64,000 nt of DNA from Octopus vulgaris (Eukaryota): assembly GCA_951406725.2 (NCBI GenBank), contig OX597819.1, forward strand, positions 118,916,001-118,980,000, given 5' to 3'. This document shows, piece by piece, positions 1-14,355 of this stretch. The translations under genes were made by a program, and so were the position numbers. The first letter of the stretch is position 1. Each line of letters opens with the position of its first letter. Below the pieces are notes generated by a model. The model did no database searches, had not been told where the DNA came from, and worked only from the letters and a program-made list of their open reading frames with translations.

Positions 1-32
1 CAGCCACTCCTGCGCCTATGCATATGTTTGCG

Positions 33-190
33 TAACATATCGTGTTCAGCGAAAATAAACCGGTAGAATAAGTACTAGGCTTACAAAGAACATGTCATGG
101 AGTCGATTTTTTAGACTAAAACCATTTAAGGTGGTGCTCCAGCATGTCCTGCAGTCAAATGATTGAAACAACTAAAAGAATTAAAGAATA
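33..190 (+). mobile_element. SINE family A, 3' half (plus the 5' tip of a minus-strand copy at 1-19)
   Basis: TAGAATAAGTACTAGGCTTACAAAGAA...GGTGCTCCAGCATG...CAGTCAAATGATTGAAACAA matches the tails of the full copies at 12944, 19449 and 33801. Confidence 0.85.
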
Positions 191-599
191 TCTGTAAGGT
201 ATTGCATATTATAAAATGGATTTTTTATTCTGAGGTTGGATGGAAGTAAATATCTATGGTATATTGTTGAGTATTGTGTGAAAATTTGAATCTATTCAAA
301 GTTTGTCTTCAGAAGTTTTAAAAGTTATGTTATCAAGTGTATCTCATTTCTGTGTAATCTAAACGCAGAAAAGGAAAGTCTATTGAAAGTATAGTATCAT
401 TGTTGTTACATTTTTTACATCGGGTTTTGCATTCCTTACACGTCCCAATGGATTTCTGAAGCAAATAATATATTTCTGAGCATAACACAAGATTAAATGT
501 ATCAACGTCTTGCGCATGGTAGGTGTACATGAAAAATATACAGAAATAGAGAAGTAAGTGTAGAGATAGTCGAGAAAAGGCAAGGCTAGCTAGGTGCAT

Positions 600-924
600 T
601 GATAAATAGATGCACGGACAGAAATATGGATAGATACATAGGGACGGAGATAGAAAATAAATAAATAAACAAATAAATAGATAGATAGAGAGATAGATAG
701 ATAGATAGACAGACAGACATATATATTAAGAGGGAGATAGACAGATAAATAGATAGATAGATAGATAGGGATGCAAATAGAGAGAAATGGGGAAATATAT
801 TGATAGATAGATAGATAGATAAACTGATAGATATGTAGATAGATGGGTAGATAGATAGAAACATAGATAGGTAGGTAGGTAGGTAGATAGGTTGATAGAT
901 AGAGTGATTATTAGATAGATAGTG

Positions 925-961
<37 letters not shown>

Positions 962-1155
962 CATACATACATACATACATACATACATACATACATACAT
1001 ACATACATACATACATACCTACATACATAGATGCATACATACATATCGAGCGAGTCAGATTGATAATATGAACTATAATTATTCAGCGTGAGAGAGAGAA
1101 AGAGAGGGAGAGAGAGAGAGAGAAAAACGAGAGGGCGAGAGAGAGAAAGAGAGAT
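600..1155. repeat. compound microsatellite (GATA)n/(CATA)n/(GA)n
   Basis: directly visible tandem units. Confidence 0.95.
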
Positions 1156-1729
1156 GGAAAGGGGGAAACTAGCAACGAACGGTAGAATTTAATGAAAGAC
1201 TAATGGAAAGCCGATGAGTTGTAAATATTTTCCAGGCATGCCATACACTGAACTGTGCATTAATTAAATGCTGCACCGAATAAACTGTCAACCGAGTACA
1301 AAATAAAACAAATATTTATTGAATTCAGTTTATCTAACTTTACGAGTATATTTTCAATAGATGTCGTCTGACGCATTCATACAATTATTTGATGTATCTA
1401 TGCACGACGTAACATTTCCAACTAAATCTAAATATAACGCACCAATAATAGTTGGCAAATCATAAATTTTAACTATTTTTACCAATTAAAATATATGAAG
1501 CCCTACGATGACAATGTACGTAAGTAAAGAAGCATACGTACACAAAGACACACACAAAATCACACGCACACATATAGGTGTGAGTGTAATTATATTTACA
1601 TTTATGTGCTTTAGTGATAGGGAAATCTACACAAAGCTATAATATGTACGCAAAATAAACACTCATTTCATAAAATAGCGAGGTGCGTCTGTTAATATTT
1701 ATCTAATCTCCATATTTATCCATACACTC

Positions 1730-1799
1730 ACAAATACACACACACACCCACACATATAGACACACACACACACACACATACATATATACACATACATAC

Positions 1800-1868
<69 letters not shown>

Positions 1869-1869
1869 A

Positions 1870-1906
<37 letters not shown>
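1730..1906. repeat. (CA)n/(TA)n microsatellite
   Basis: directly visible. Confidence 0.95.
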
Positions 1907-1909
<3 letters not shown>

Positions 1910-2162
1910 TGGATGCTGGTAGATATGTTTGGGCGTGTGAATGTGATGAAAAGATACATGTTAATGGACAAATAATCATAATTTCTGAAGAAACAAAAGA
2001 ACAATATATATGATACTCATAAAAAATATATTTATAGGAAAACCGAGTAACATTAATATAATTATCGTTTAAAAGACTGAATGTACGCAAGAATATAAGA
2101 ATTCACGTGGATACATTTATATATGTATAAACATAAATTGATACATACATACATATAAATAT

Positions 2163-2218
<56 letters not shown>

Positions 2219-2509
2219 TAATATAAATATTATATTATATTATATTACGTGTATATTTAATGTACACAGTATTTAAAATGAGAGCTATTAATATTTTTCT
2301 TTACCATAGAGATACTAATATTATTCGGATTTATATTACATGCTTCTGCCTCCAAGCAATACTTAGGCTGAGGGCTCATCAATAGCTTTTCTTTTAAATA
2401 CTATGTCCATTAAATGATGTTTATCTCTCCCTAGAATATATTTCTACATTGATTTTTATCTCTCCCTAGAATATATTTCTATCACACCTTAGCGGTGTAA
2501 ACTACATAC

Positions 2510-3345
2510 ATTACGTTGCTCGGAAGATGCAGCCCGATTTTTCGATAACATTATAAAGATTCGATGTAAGATATTATTTTTGTAGCGTTTTTGATGAAAT
2601 TTGGCAGGCTTAATAATTGATGTGTACTCTGTACATTTTTATTGACTTCCTTCAAAATGTAAATTTGAAGCGTAGAAATCCTAACTTTCAAACATGAAGA
2701 AAGAAAAAATGCCTGTAAATGAGTTCAAGTTTGGACATAATACTTCCGGAACAGCTGCCAGTATCATCAGAGCATGGGGTTGAAGGATCCAATAATAGTT
2801 TGGTGTTAAGACTGTGGTTTGAGAGTATCCGTAGTGGGGACGAGTGCCTTGAAGATCAAGAATGTAGAGGACGTCTGTCCACTTTTGATTATCCGTATTT
2901 GAAAATAATCGTCAAACAAAATTCACGATAACGTGTCAGAGAAATATTACATAAGCTTGGTGACTGTAAAGGAGGGCAAATAAGGCGTGTTCATTTGAGC
3001 AAAATAAGACCTACCAATGTCAATTGAGATTTTCCGACACCCTCCGTACTCTCCTGGTCTTTCACCCACCAACTATCACTTTTTCAAGCATATAGAAATG
3101 TTTTTTAAGGCCAGATACGTTCCATTCCAAAACCGAGGTCAAAATTGAATTCAAGGATTTCTTGGCATCAAAAACCTTGTAATTAATATCGAAGACGAAT
3201 ATATGACCTTGTTAATCGATGGGAGAAATGCATAGGGATCATATTTTGAATCATATTTTGAATAATTAAACCTTTCTATAAGTTCAATTTTGCAAGATTA
3301 TAGGCCAATATAACAATTCGGGCATTATTTTCTGAACAACATACT
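2510..3345 (+). mobile_element. internally deleted mariner DNA transposon
   Basis: ORF 2719-2931 WFESIRSGDECLEDQECRGR resembles the mariner HTH motif WFxxFxxGDxxLEDxxRxGRP; about 3035-3100 reads HPPYSPGLSPTNYHFFKH (YSPDL motif); degenerate TIRs TACGTTGCTCGGAAGATGCAGCCCGATTT (2512-2540) and AATTCGGGCATTATTTTCTGAACAACATA (3315-3343). Confidence 0.85.
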
Positions 3346-3449
3346 AGAGCAATGTATAGTTGTTGCACTAGAATTATATTTTGGTCATTGTTATATATAC
3401 TATAGAAAACTTTTCAATAAAAAAGAATACATCTCCATTTTCAATTACA

Positions 3450-3575
<126 letters not shown>

Positions 3576-5134
3576 TTAAATTAAAGATAAAACCACTATT
3601 AGGCAACTCAAATATATATATATATATCTGTCTATCTATCGATCTATCTATTTATATATGTATATTTTCACTTATCCATCAATACATCCATCCATCTACC
3701 GTTCTGTCTATCCATCTATATTTATATATACATATGTGTGTGTGTGTTTGTGTAGTTGAAATTTACTGAAACAGAAGAAGACGTTTGTATAAAGAACAGG
3801 TGAACAAATTTAATGCTCTGCACGGTGAGATAGTCTTTTAAGTTTCGAGCCTACGCTCTTGAACAGAAAGGAGCATGTGGAAATAAACAGAGAAATAATA
3901 AAAAAAAAACTTTTGGACCTAACGGTCAATATACGCGCGCGCGAGTGCACACTCACATACAGACACACACACACACACATATACATATATGAACAATTTA
4001 CTTTCATTCATTGGAAAGCAATATTGCCATAAAAATTTTAGTTTATTGCCTCAACCACAGAACTAAGCTTCTGAAGCCTTGTTTATAAGCGTTCGGTCTA
4101 GTTTCAGAAACACCAGGATACAAGAACAGAAGCAAAACGACCTTGAAGCACTTTTTCTGGACAAAGAAATATACAGTCAACATATCTATACGTGTATATG
4201 CGTGTGTCTGTGAAAGACAGTGCGTGTGTGTTTCAGTGTGTAACTTCAATTATGTGAATGACAAGTCTCATCTCTTTGATTTGTGGACATAGATATGAAT
4301 ACTGAACACTTACTTTCTACCGGATTATGCTAAAGGTCTAGTAAGACATTCCATCCCGGTGTATTTCTATTAGCATGTTGTGTAATCAGATAATATCCGA
4401 GCAGTGATTTTATCAATATTATCAGTTTGAATAGTGACAGATTTATCTCTTACCAACTGGATTCTATTTTGACATTGAGATTTAAATTATGATTAAATTT
4501 TACACAATATCCAATTTATTTCGCTCAGAAAGACGTTATTTTTAACATTGTTACAAATAATATCGTTGAGTAATAACATAGATATTGATGGAACATCTAT
4601 ACAAAACCCCACATTATGTTGGGAAATAAAATTTAAAATTTCTTTAGATATCATTATTGTGACGGAACTGCTAAGGGAATAAAATATTAAATTACATGTT
4701 AAAGTATTGGGTTTTGGAAAGAGACGGCCAACTGCATACTTAATAATGAATCAAACGATATGTGCATAAACGTTGATACATACAATTGAAGATACATACA
4801 TACACATACACACACACACATTTATTGTATGTATGATTTGGGTGAACGTATATGTATGTATGTCCGTAAGTATGTGTGAGTATGTATGTAAACTTTCTAA
4901 GTGTGGCTGGTGATATTTGTAGGGATAACTTCTGTTAATAAGAAGAATGGCAAAATACAGTGATTCGTACAGAGTCCACATTTTAGATTACGATGACTCG
5001 CGGGAAATGACAACCGTGTTTTAAATATATATGAATGTGCAATTGTACGCACACATAGACACTCATATCTGCGTGTGTCTGCGTTTGTGCGTGTATGTTT
5101 TTGCATGTGCGCATGTATGTTTGTGTGTGTGTGG

Positions 5135-5290
5135 AAGTACATGCTTTAGTCGTTAAGACGCTGCACGAACATAAGTTTGTGGTTTCGATTCCTGGAGTGG
5201 GTAATGCGTTATCTTTTTGAGCAAAACATTTCATTCCACGCTACTCCAGTTCACTTAGATGGCTAAAGTGAATAATCATGCGATCCACCG
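5135..5290 (+). mobile_element. degenerate tRNA-headed SINE (family D)
   Basis: A-box-like GCTTTAGTCGTTAAG and B-box-like GGTTTCGATTCC followed by TTGAGCAAAACATTTCATTCCACG; a related minus-strand copy lies at about 55930-56030. Confidence 0.55.
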
Positions 5291-5539
5291 GGACGATGTC
5301 CATATTTATAGAGCTACATACACCATAGTATGCAAGGAACCGCCCTTAGGAGCTTACGGGTCGGGAAAGTATATCCGACGATGGCTTCGGTGGGAGAAAT
5401 TTCGACGGCACCATCAATAAATATTCTTGAATAAGAATAATAAATTTTTACCCTGAAAAGTTTAGAGTAGACTTCAAGATCAAAGAAAAATATATATATC
5501 AAGGTTTGTTATTATGTTCACTCATAAAAAAAACAAATG

Positions 5540-6010
5540 ATGTCATATGATCCTCAGGGTTTCTACATTCACTTGTATGTACGTATATATGTATGTCATT
5601 ATTTAGTTTTATTTCAAGAGCTTCTGCAAATGCTGAAACAAGCTGTTTCTAACCTAGATCTAAAGCTCCTTCATTGGAACTTCAACAACAATAGATGTGT
5701 GTTCTTGTTTTTGTCTTTATATCTGTCAGTATGTAAGTATATGTGCAAATTTGTATGTTTGTTTTATATATGTATTCTCATGCATATAGTTGCATATCTA
5801 AACATGCTCATATCTACTTTAATGATACACTTTTGGAATGTTTTACATGTTTGTACTTTTCGTATCAGCTTTCTACTTTCTGGATTTGGGAAACCTAATT
5901 TCTAACTATTGGTATTTACATATCCCTGTGCCCCAATAATTACAGGTATAAACCTGAACTTGTAATGTAGATAGAATAACAGCATATTGCTCAGTAGTTC
6001 AGCGTAGGTA
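5540..6010 (-). mobile_element. second, diverged 3'-end copy of the R4/Dong-like LINE
   Basis: 5607-5700, 5762-5850 and 5925-6010 align by eye with 6335-6430, 6531-6623 and 6730-6815 (e.g. CCTGTGCCCCAATAATTACAGGTAT in both). Confidence 0.75.
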
Positions 6011-6529
6011 CAATTTCAATTCTCTGTCCCAAACCATTATGTCACGTCTATTGTGTTTACATTTTATTGAGATATTCAGTGGGGCATACCGCCAATTGTC
6101 TCTTTAATTATGAGTGATTATGGCATTCACCATACTGTGGGTCTCGTTGTCCAGTGCCCTAGCTCTAACATCATGCCTCATCGATATATCTTATGTACGT
6201 ATGTATAAATATCTCATGTACGTATGTATAAATGTATGTATGTATGTATTACGTACGTATTTATGTATGTACGTATATTTGTATGTAGGTATGTGTGTGT
6301 ATGCATGCATATATGTGTGCATGTTATTATTCAGTTTATGTCAAGATTTCTTACCAATAGAGATATTACCGGTTCCTACCCTAGATCCGTCAGTCCTTCA
6401 TTGGAATTTAAGCATCAACAACAGGTTATTGTTGTATGTGTGTGTATATATGTATGTATGCATGTATGCATGTATGAATGTATGTATTTATGTATGTACG
6501 TACGTATGTATGTATGTGCAGATTGATAT

Positions 6530-9500
6530 GTTTTATGTCTGTATTCTCATACATTTAGCTGCATATCTAGATATGCTCATATATATTTAAATGATAATTT
6601 TCTGGAAAGTTTTACACATTTTACAGCTTCGGTGATGGATTGGATCTGTAGTTTTCGAATTCGATTTCTCCTTAATGTTTTGAGAAAGCTAATTTCCAAA
6701 GATTGCTATTTAGGTAGTTTGTTACAAAGCCCTGTGCCCCAATAATTACAGGTATTAACCTGAACTGGCTATCTGGATAGAGTAACGGCAGATTTCGCAG
6801 TAGCTCATCATAGGTGTTCTCTTTTTCACTTGTATTGAGCCTTATGTTAACATCCGCTGGGCAGCGAATGCCACAACTATGCACAGTTGCTCTACCCTAT
6901 CACGAATCTTCAAATCAGTTCTGTCTATTGATGTCTTCACTACCATATTGTAGGTTCTTATATCTTCTTCGCGATTATCCTTCCAACGGATTTCATTATA
7001 GAGTATCCTAGCTACAACATCATTTCTCATCGGTAGAGAATAACGTGATGCCATTCTCGGACAACTGCTTATCATGTTGGTGATATCTCCAGTATGAACT
7101 CCACAAAGTCTGCATCGCTTGTCACACTTTACTAATTTTCCTGCATCTCTACTCCTTTTGGGCATCGGGGATTTGGTTCCTCTTTGCCGTTCTTGGATTG
7201 CAAACACATACTCTTCAAATTGAGATCTAGTAATCTGAGAATTGGTCCATGATAAACTGCTTTGTTTCATCGATGTTACTATCACTACGGAGCTTTCTGC
7301 TAACATATCCATGCATAGTCTTCTGCTCATACAGGCACACCCTATCATCTGATGATGCGTTACGGTAGAGTCGTGCGACTTCCTTGGACATGTATTCTAG
7401 GTTATCAAAGAAAGTGCCTTGCCTTCAAATCTTACGATGCTATCAGCCTCACGTATGCAAATTTGGTCAAGGGATGCACTTCGACAATTCGTTGTTTAAA
7501 AATGTTGCCGAATGGATATGATGTGACATTCAAAGTCATTTCGGATCGCTGTTCAGCCTCTACCGACTTGTATTCGTTTTAGGTAGAAGCGGTCTACCTC
7601 ACTGTTTATGTGGTAATTATATGTGCTTGTTAATATTTTTCGGATTTCACATCAATGGCTCAGTCACATAAAGCGTCCAGTTAAGCAGCCCAAATGTTGG
7701 TATGAGTACTGGCATTGCAAACACTTTGTGGACCATTGTTTTATTGAATGCAGATAGTCCTGATGTCCAAACTTTCTTCATTCGGCTGTAATAGGTTTAG
7801 TGACAAGTGTTTTGTTACAGGTGCGACTAAGATACTTGTAGCATTTCTCATAAGGTACGGGGAGGCAAAGTCGAATCATTGATGGAGCTGCTTCTAGTCT
7901 GGTTTATAGTTTTCCTCCTTTTCACAACTATATAATAACATTTTTCCTGACCAAACTCCAATCCTACATACCTGAGAATGGTGTAACTAGGTCAAGGTTC
8001 CTTTTTCATCTCATTATATTGTTTGCATAAAGATTTAAGTCATCCACAAAGAAACTGTGTAATTTTGGTATTTCTTTTTCTATATGAACCAGTTAGATAT
8101 CCTTCAGATTTGCTTAACATGAATGACAAAGGTTTTACAGAAAGTATAAACAACCTCACAGAGAAGCTGTCCCCTTGGAATACGCTTTTGTCATGCTGTA
8201 TTCTATCAGTGATAATACAGTCACTCTGTGTTTAATTTCAAGATGGTGGCCCACGCTGAAAGCAGGTCAGCTGGCTTTGACTATTTTCATGTGAATTTTA
8301 GCAAGTTGAAGGGTTTCTAGCATCCATGAGTGGGGAAGAGAGACAACGGTTTTCTTGTAGTCTAGCCACATTGAAACTAGGTTCCGCCTATGCTTTCGCA
8401 CCACTGACATCATAGTTTTGTTGATTAACAATTGCTCGGCGCATCCCCAAGCTCCCTTTTCTGGTGTAATAATGTTATCAGTTTCACAAGGGTCCTGGAG
8501 GAAGAGATTTAAACGTGTTGTTTTTATCTTATCGGTTAAGTTCTGGCATTCAATTGGCCGGTTGTATTTTGCCATGTGGTTCTGCATTTGAGAATCAATA
8601 TTGTCTCTGACATAGATAACCAGTATGGTTTCTACTGTTCGCAGTGAGAGCCTGCGGGTACAGAACGATAGGTTATGATCGGTAGAATGTTAGCTTCTCG
8701 TACCAATATCCAATAATCAAGTCTCTTCTGGGTGCTTTTCCATCATGGATTTTCTGGATCACCGTTGCAAGAGTTTTGCCATTAATGATGTTTGTCTTAA
8801 ATGTAACACGGGCAAAAATGTTTTCGGATTTCTTCCAGCCACGGAAAATCTAGGATAAATTCCTTCTCTTCACTCAAGATTTCCCTCCTGAAGGAGCCTA
8901 TGTATTCTCGTGATGGAGCTTCGTGGTGTTTGCTGCTCCTCCTTCTCTTGTCTCTGTATACCGCTGCCTGGTTGCGGTTAATTCTTTTGTTTATTTCTCT
9001 CCTGATGTCGGAGTTTTTCACTGACAGCTTTTAGTTCCTATTTGAGGGTAATCAGTTTGCAAGAGAGTGTCCTCGTTTTGCTGATCCCAAACATCATTTC
9101 TATCTCCTTTACTTTCTGTTGCTGGGACGTATAGTGATTTGCTGTTTTGCATGCAATAAGCATCATTACATGACTGATGCTCTTCAGTAAACCAGTTATC
9201 TTTTTCCCTGTCTTCAAAACCTATGATGGTACTTTCTTTCTTATTTCGGTTTATTTTTTTTAGTTTTTGAATATCATTCATGTTATTAGTTTCACAATAG
9301 TCCTGGAGGAAGAGGTTTAAATATGTTGTTTTTATCTTATACATTAAGTTCTGGCATGCATAAACGTAGTATTTTGCCATATGGTTCAGCATTTCGGGAT
9401 CGATTTTTCTCTGGCAGTAGTAGCAAGAGCATGTAGACAGGTCTTAATCTGCCAGTATGTGGGTTCATAACATGGTTGTAAATACTCATCACTAATTACG

Positions 9501-10140
9501 TTAATAACTGTTAACACCATATCTGGTGGATTTTTACTTACTTTAGAGTGGAGAATATTCTCTCTTCGAGAGAGTACTCCAAAACCAAATTGACATTTTT
9601 CTCAGAAGATTTCAGTAGGGGCACATTTCACCGGAATATATCCTGACAACCACTACTACTACTTCAATAATCGTTGCGGTTGTGCCTGCTATTTACCATA
9701 GTTTTAGTGGAGGGACACTGGTCAGTTACTTTTGCCATAATGTAGTTTGGCTGGCAGGCATTATGGAATCTGTTAGAATGTCGCTAGCTGTGAAACCACG
9801 TGGTGATCTCATATCATTCACATTTTCGTTTTTTTCTTTATAGAGTTGGAAAGAAGATTAATTTTCGATTTTTCAATAAATTTAGTTAGTAATTTCTTCC
9901 AATTTTCTACAAATGTTGCATGTTGGCGCAGATGCTTCACATTTAAATATTTTAATTCTGGACGCAGATCGTACCAATATGATATCAATTGATTCGTATA
10001 ACCAACAGCGGGGTTTTGTTACGCATTTTTGTAGCAGTTAAATAGATCTTTATTCAATTCATAACTTCAAAGAGAAATGAGTTTAGTAGTTACGGTTTCT
10101 TCTACAACTACAGCTAGAAAGAATTCGTTTACCTGCTGAG
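6530..10140 (-). mobile_element. decayed non-LTR retrotransposon with RT, CCHC knuckle and restriction-like endonuclease (R4/Dong-like)
   Basis: 8267-8587: RPIECQN..KI, GAWGCAEQLLINK, RNLVSMWLDYKK..SLPHSW (RT motifs); 6842-7348: FAIQE, CRLC-x7-(H>N)-x4-C, then RNDVVA (canonical RHD) and a degenerate RPD; 6672-6884: EKENTYDELL..LYP..FRLIPVIIGAQG; about 9910-10065 reads ELNKDLFNCY..GYTNQL..W..PEL (N-terminal region); many stops and frameshifts. Confidence 0.85.
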
Positions 10141-10144
10141 CTTC

Positions 10145-10427
10145 TTAGTTAGTTAGTTAGTTAATTTTTTGGCTCAAAAAGCAAAAAGCAAGGCCATGTA
10201 GGGGGACATGGAGTTATGTACAGGGTGGTGTTCATGTAAAGAGTTCAGGCCACTTGAGGTCAAGGGAGACTTTGAACCGAGCGGTCGTCGGCATCTTCAC
10301 CATCTCGTCTGGCAGCTTATTCCACGGATCCGCAATTCATCACGGATTGAGATGAAATCGTCGCAGATAGAGCTTTTCGGAATGACCCGGCCGACGCTCT
10401 GGAGCAGGAGTGAAGAACAGCTCTTTC
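10145..10427 (-). mobile_element. CR1-type LINE 3' fragment with (TAAC)n tail
   Basis: near-identical reverse complement of 30265-30552. Confidence 0.9.
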
Positions 10428-12943
10428 GAGAGCTCTTCTGTTTTCGTTCTGTTCCTCGGTTGTGCTGTTTTGATGTTGTGTCCACCCATGTTGTTTGTAG
10501 TAACTCTCTGCATGCTAAATACAAGTTTCAGTCGAGAATCACTACGATCATGAATAAAAGGTTCCCTCGTTTAATTCATCTGAAAATAACCAGTTATGTA
10601 ACAAGGCTGATAGTTGTAACTCCAAAGTATGATGTATTCATCGTATGTTCGATAAATAGTCTCCCAAGTCAAATACGCGACTTGTCGCTTCGACTATTAT
10701 GTATGTATGCATGTATGTATGTAAAGTTTGAATCTGATATAACAGATAAGGCCTGTAAGTACGATTTTGAAGTAGCTATCCAACTTTGAAGCGGTACAAA
10801 ATGTTTGTCTTATCTATAGAACGAAACATCTTTGAATGCGCTCGTATACCATCGATGAACGACTAGTTTCGCTCAATAATTTTCTTTTCTTGCAAATTTT
10901 CCATCTCTCACAAAACTTAATTATCCTTTCTACTCAGTTAACAAAATGTTGGATTCACTACGTGGGAAACCACTATTGTATACAGGTGAATACTTGCGTA
11001 CATAACATCTAAATAGTTAGTTAGATGTTCATGTCATTTTTATAATGAAGGTAATGAATAAAGGGTATGTTATATATTTGTTAACAGTTAAATCACTAAC
11101 TTTATATTGTCGATGTATATTTTATAACGTACACAATATTCACATATGAGCTCATTCTACAAGAATTCGCGCACAATAAATTGATGTCTAATTAGCTGAT
11201 CTCGCTGAATAATTATCCTGAGGTATTTAAACACAATTTGACATTTATCATAGCAAAAACATTAAAAGATCTAATCAAAATACACTGTGATTTGAATTGT
11301 TAATAATTGCTTATGGAATATAGAAACTGCTAGAATATACTAATATCATAATGTCTTAGACGAACTCAGTAAAATGTAATACTGCCTTGTTGATGGGCAT
11401 GGAAAGAAGGAGGATAAATAAAATAGATAAACAGTTTGTAGGAAACATACAGAGATTGTAAAAGTTATGTTATTTCTTTGTAAATTATAATAGGTTCTAG
11501 CTCTGTAGAGGAGTGAAAACAACTTCTTATCATCCTTTTGTATAAAGTTGCATGTAATTCTGGCATTTTCTATTAGATATCTCATATGTAGCACATTGAC
11601 AAAAAACATTTCTTTGACAGCAAACACGCTTCTTTCAATACATAATAAATGGTTTTATTCGTTGAGCGTGCTACCAGAAGAAGTTTAGAACATTAACATA
11701 ATCATATCCCTTTTCCTCTTCTTGTTTAGTGTTTTATACTCAAACGAAAACGGAATTTTACTCCATGATTAATCATCATATGTATGCGAACTAATTTCAT
11801 TGTCATTGTTATTTTTCTTGCATAATCTGAAACATCTTTCATGGTAACAATGTATGAAGGAAAGAGTAACAAACTACCGAATTCGTAATATTAGTTCTCA
11901 ATGATTTAGGTGTTGTTTGTAGGAAAACATTTTTGTATCGTACCATTTGACATGAAGATAAATTAGAATGGTGAATAAAACTACTAACATTTTGCTCGTG
12001 AGTCTTTATACTACAACTCATAAATTCATTTGTGTGCAAATAACGAAATATATTCAAATAAAAAAATAATGTAAAATAAAACTGGAAGCATAAACACAAG
12101 CAAAATTATGTACAACATTGGAAATCAATAAGTTTTTCATAAACGTGTATTAAATCAATACAAATAGCAAGATAAGACTTCTACAGTTTAACTTAACTTC
12201 TGAATATGTAAATGCTTTCCCCTCATATTTTTACATGTTTGTAAACATAAATACAATGGAATCTACCAAGTGTATATGATTAATATATTGATTTATAAAA
12301 CAAAAATACAATAACACATGTTCATAATGTTGAAGAATGAAAAATTAGTATGTTACTACCATAGTTTTGGCAGAAAGTAAATATGATATATCGCTATAAA
12401 TGGCGAGTGAAATTGTTACAGAAAGCAGATCGGAGAAGTTTTAGTTCAAATAATGCAGCTTCCGTTTACAGGCAGAACCATTACATTAGTTGCGAGTTTT
12501 CTTCGATATATATAAATTGAGAGTGATCGTATATAGAAATAACTTTACTCCGTGGGGTGAAGCTATATCATTCAATACAATTTATCGGAATTTTGAAAAC
12601 TATGCACGTTTTCAAACCCATAATTTTAAACATTATAGAAAAATAAGAAAAATAGCAATTACGTTTGTTTAAAATAGCGGCCAACTGCTTCTGTAGCATA
12701 CAAACTCATTTCAAATAATTTCTATACTGCACAGTATGACAGTCAATAGTATTTATATAATAACATGCGTTATATATCGTTTCTTCTGTTTGTGTGAAGG
12801 GCATTTTTTTGCGTTAAAAATAAAAGAAAGGTTAAATATATTTCTTTAAGAAATGTCCGCTTCATTACGAATTACTTTTTCGGAAATGACCTTTAGTTCA
12901 TTTATCCTTTAAGGAAAAATTAACTAAAAGGCTTAGTTGCATT

Positions 12944-13350
12944 TGGCTGTGTGGTAAATAGCTTGCTAACCAGCCACACCGTTCCGGGTTCACTCCCACT
13001 GCGTGGTATCTTGGACAAGTGTATTCTGCTATAGCCCCGGGCCGACCAATGCCTTGTGAGTGGATTTGGTAGACGGAAACTGAAAGAAGCCAGTCGTATA
13101 TATGTATATATATATATAAGTGTGTGTGTATATGTTTGTGTGTCTGTGTTTGTCCCCCTAGCATTGCTTGACAACCGATGCTGGTGTGTTTACGTCCCCG
13201 TCACCTAGCGGTTCGGCAAAAAGAGACCGATAGAATAAGTACTGGGCTTACAAAGAATAAGTCCCGGGGTCGATTTGCTCGACTAAAGGGGGTGCATTGG
13301 CCGCAGTCAAATGACTGAAACATGTAAAATAATAAAAGAGTAAAAGAGTA
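12944..13350 (+). mobile_element. SINE family A (tRNA-like head, internal (TA)/(TG) microsatellite, GTAAAAGA tail)
   Basis: A box TGGCTGTGTGGTAA, B box GGTTCACTCC, body GTGAGTGGATTTGGTAGACGGAAACTGAAAGAAG; about 11 copies in this window. Confidence 0.92.
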
Positions 13351-14121
13351 TCACAGAAAATAGCTGTTATTAAAATTTCCTGTAACGAAGTCCATTAAAG
13401 CATGAGTTCAAAATAAGCAAGCGATGAATTACAAGTGGCACCTTGACATACGAGTTTAATTTGTTCTGTGACGGAGCTCATAACTCAAATTACTCGTATG
13501 TCAATTCGAATTCCTCCATTGGAAAGAATCGAGGTACCATTAATCCGTTCAGTGTCCCCCCACTCCACCAAGAAAAAAAATACACCGCAATTTTTTGTTA
13601 CGTGTTTTTAAGTAAGAAAAATATACCTATAAATAACAGATATTGTATAAAAACACTACAATAGAATGTACCATGATAGACTGGTTTTATTAAGTATCAT
13701 GTACAACATTTACTTTCGAGATCAGATGACTTGAGGGTGGTGACGGATGTGGACAAGAAAGGCTGAACTGATTAACTGAGTCCTATTCTCCGATTTTTTT
13801 TCCCTTTTTCGCCACACTTTCCTCACTTTAATCTGCAAGAATTTTCGATAAAAAACCTGTCCAATAAGGTCTGTTTTATAGTCACTTTCAGAGTAGTTCT
13901 GAAATGATTTAAGCAAGTGTCATTAGATAAGGTTGCCGCACGCTGAGTTGCAACTTTTTCTAGGTGTTTCTTTTGAATAAATTTTGAAAGTTGCTTTTCC
14001 CCATTCCCAACACTTCCTTTATCGCACTTGTAGAGATAACCTCCTCCGTCTCATCCCTTTGGATGAGTTCATGGTAAGTATTTGTATCAATATGTATTAG
14101 TTTATTTGGATCACTTATATA

Positions 14122-14306
14122 TACTCTTTACTCTTTTACGTCTTTCAATCATTTGACTGCGACCATGCTGGAGCACCAACTTTAGTCGAGCAAATCGACA
14201 CCAGGACTTATTCTATCGGTCTCTTTTGCCGAACCGCTAAGTGACGGGGACGTAAACACACCAGCATCGGTTGTCAAGCAATGCTAAGGGGACAAACACA
14301 GACACA

Positions 14307-14355
<49 letters not shown>

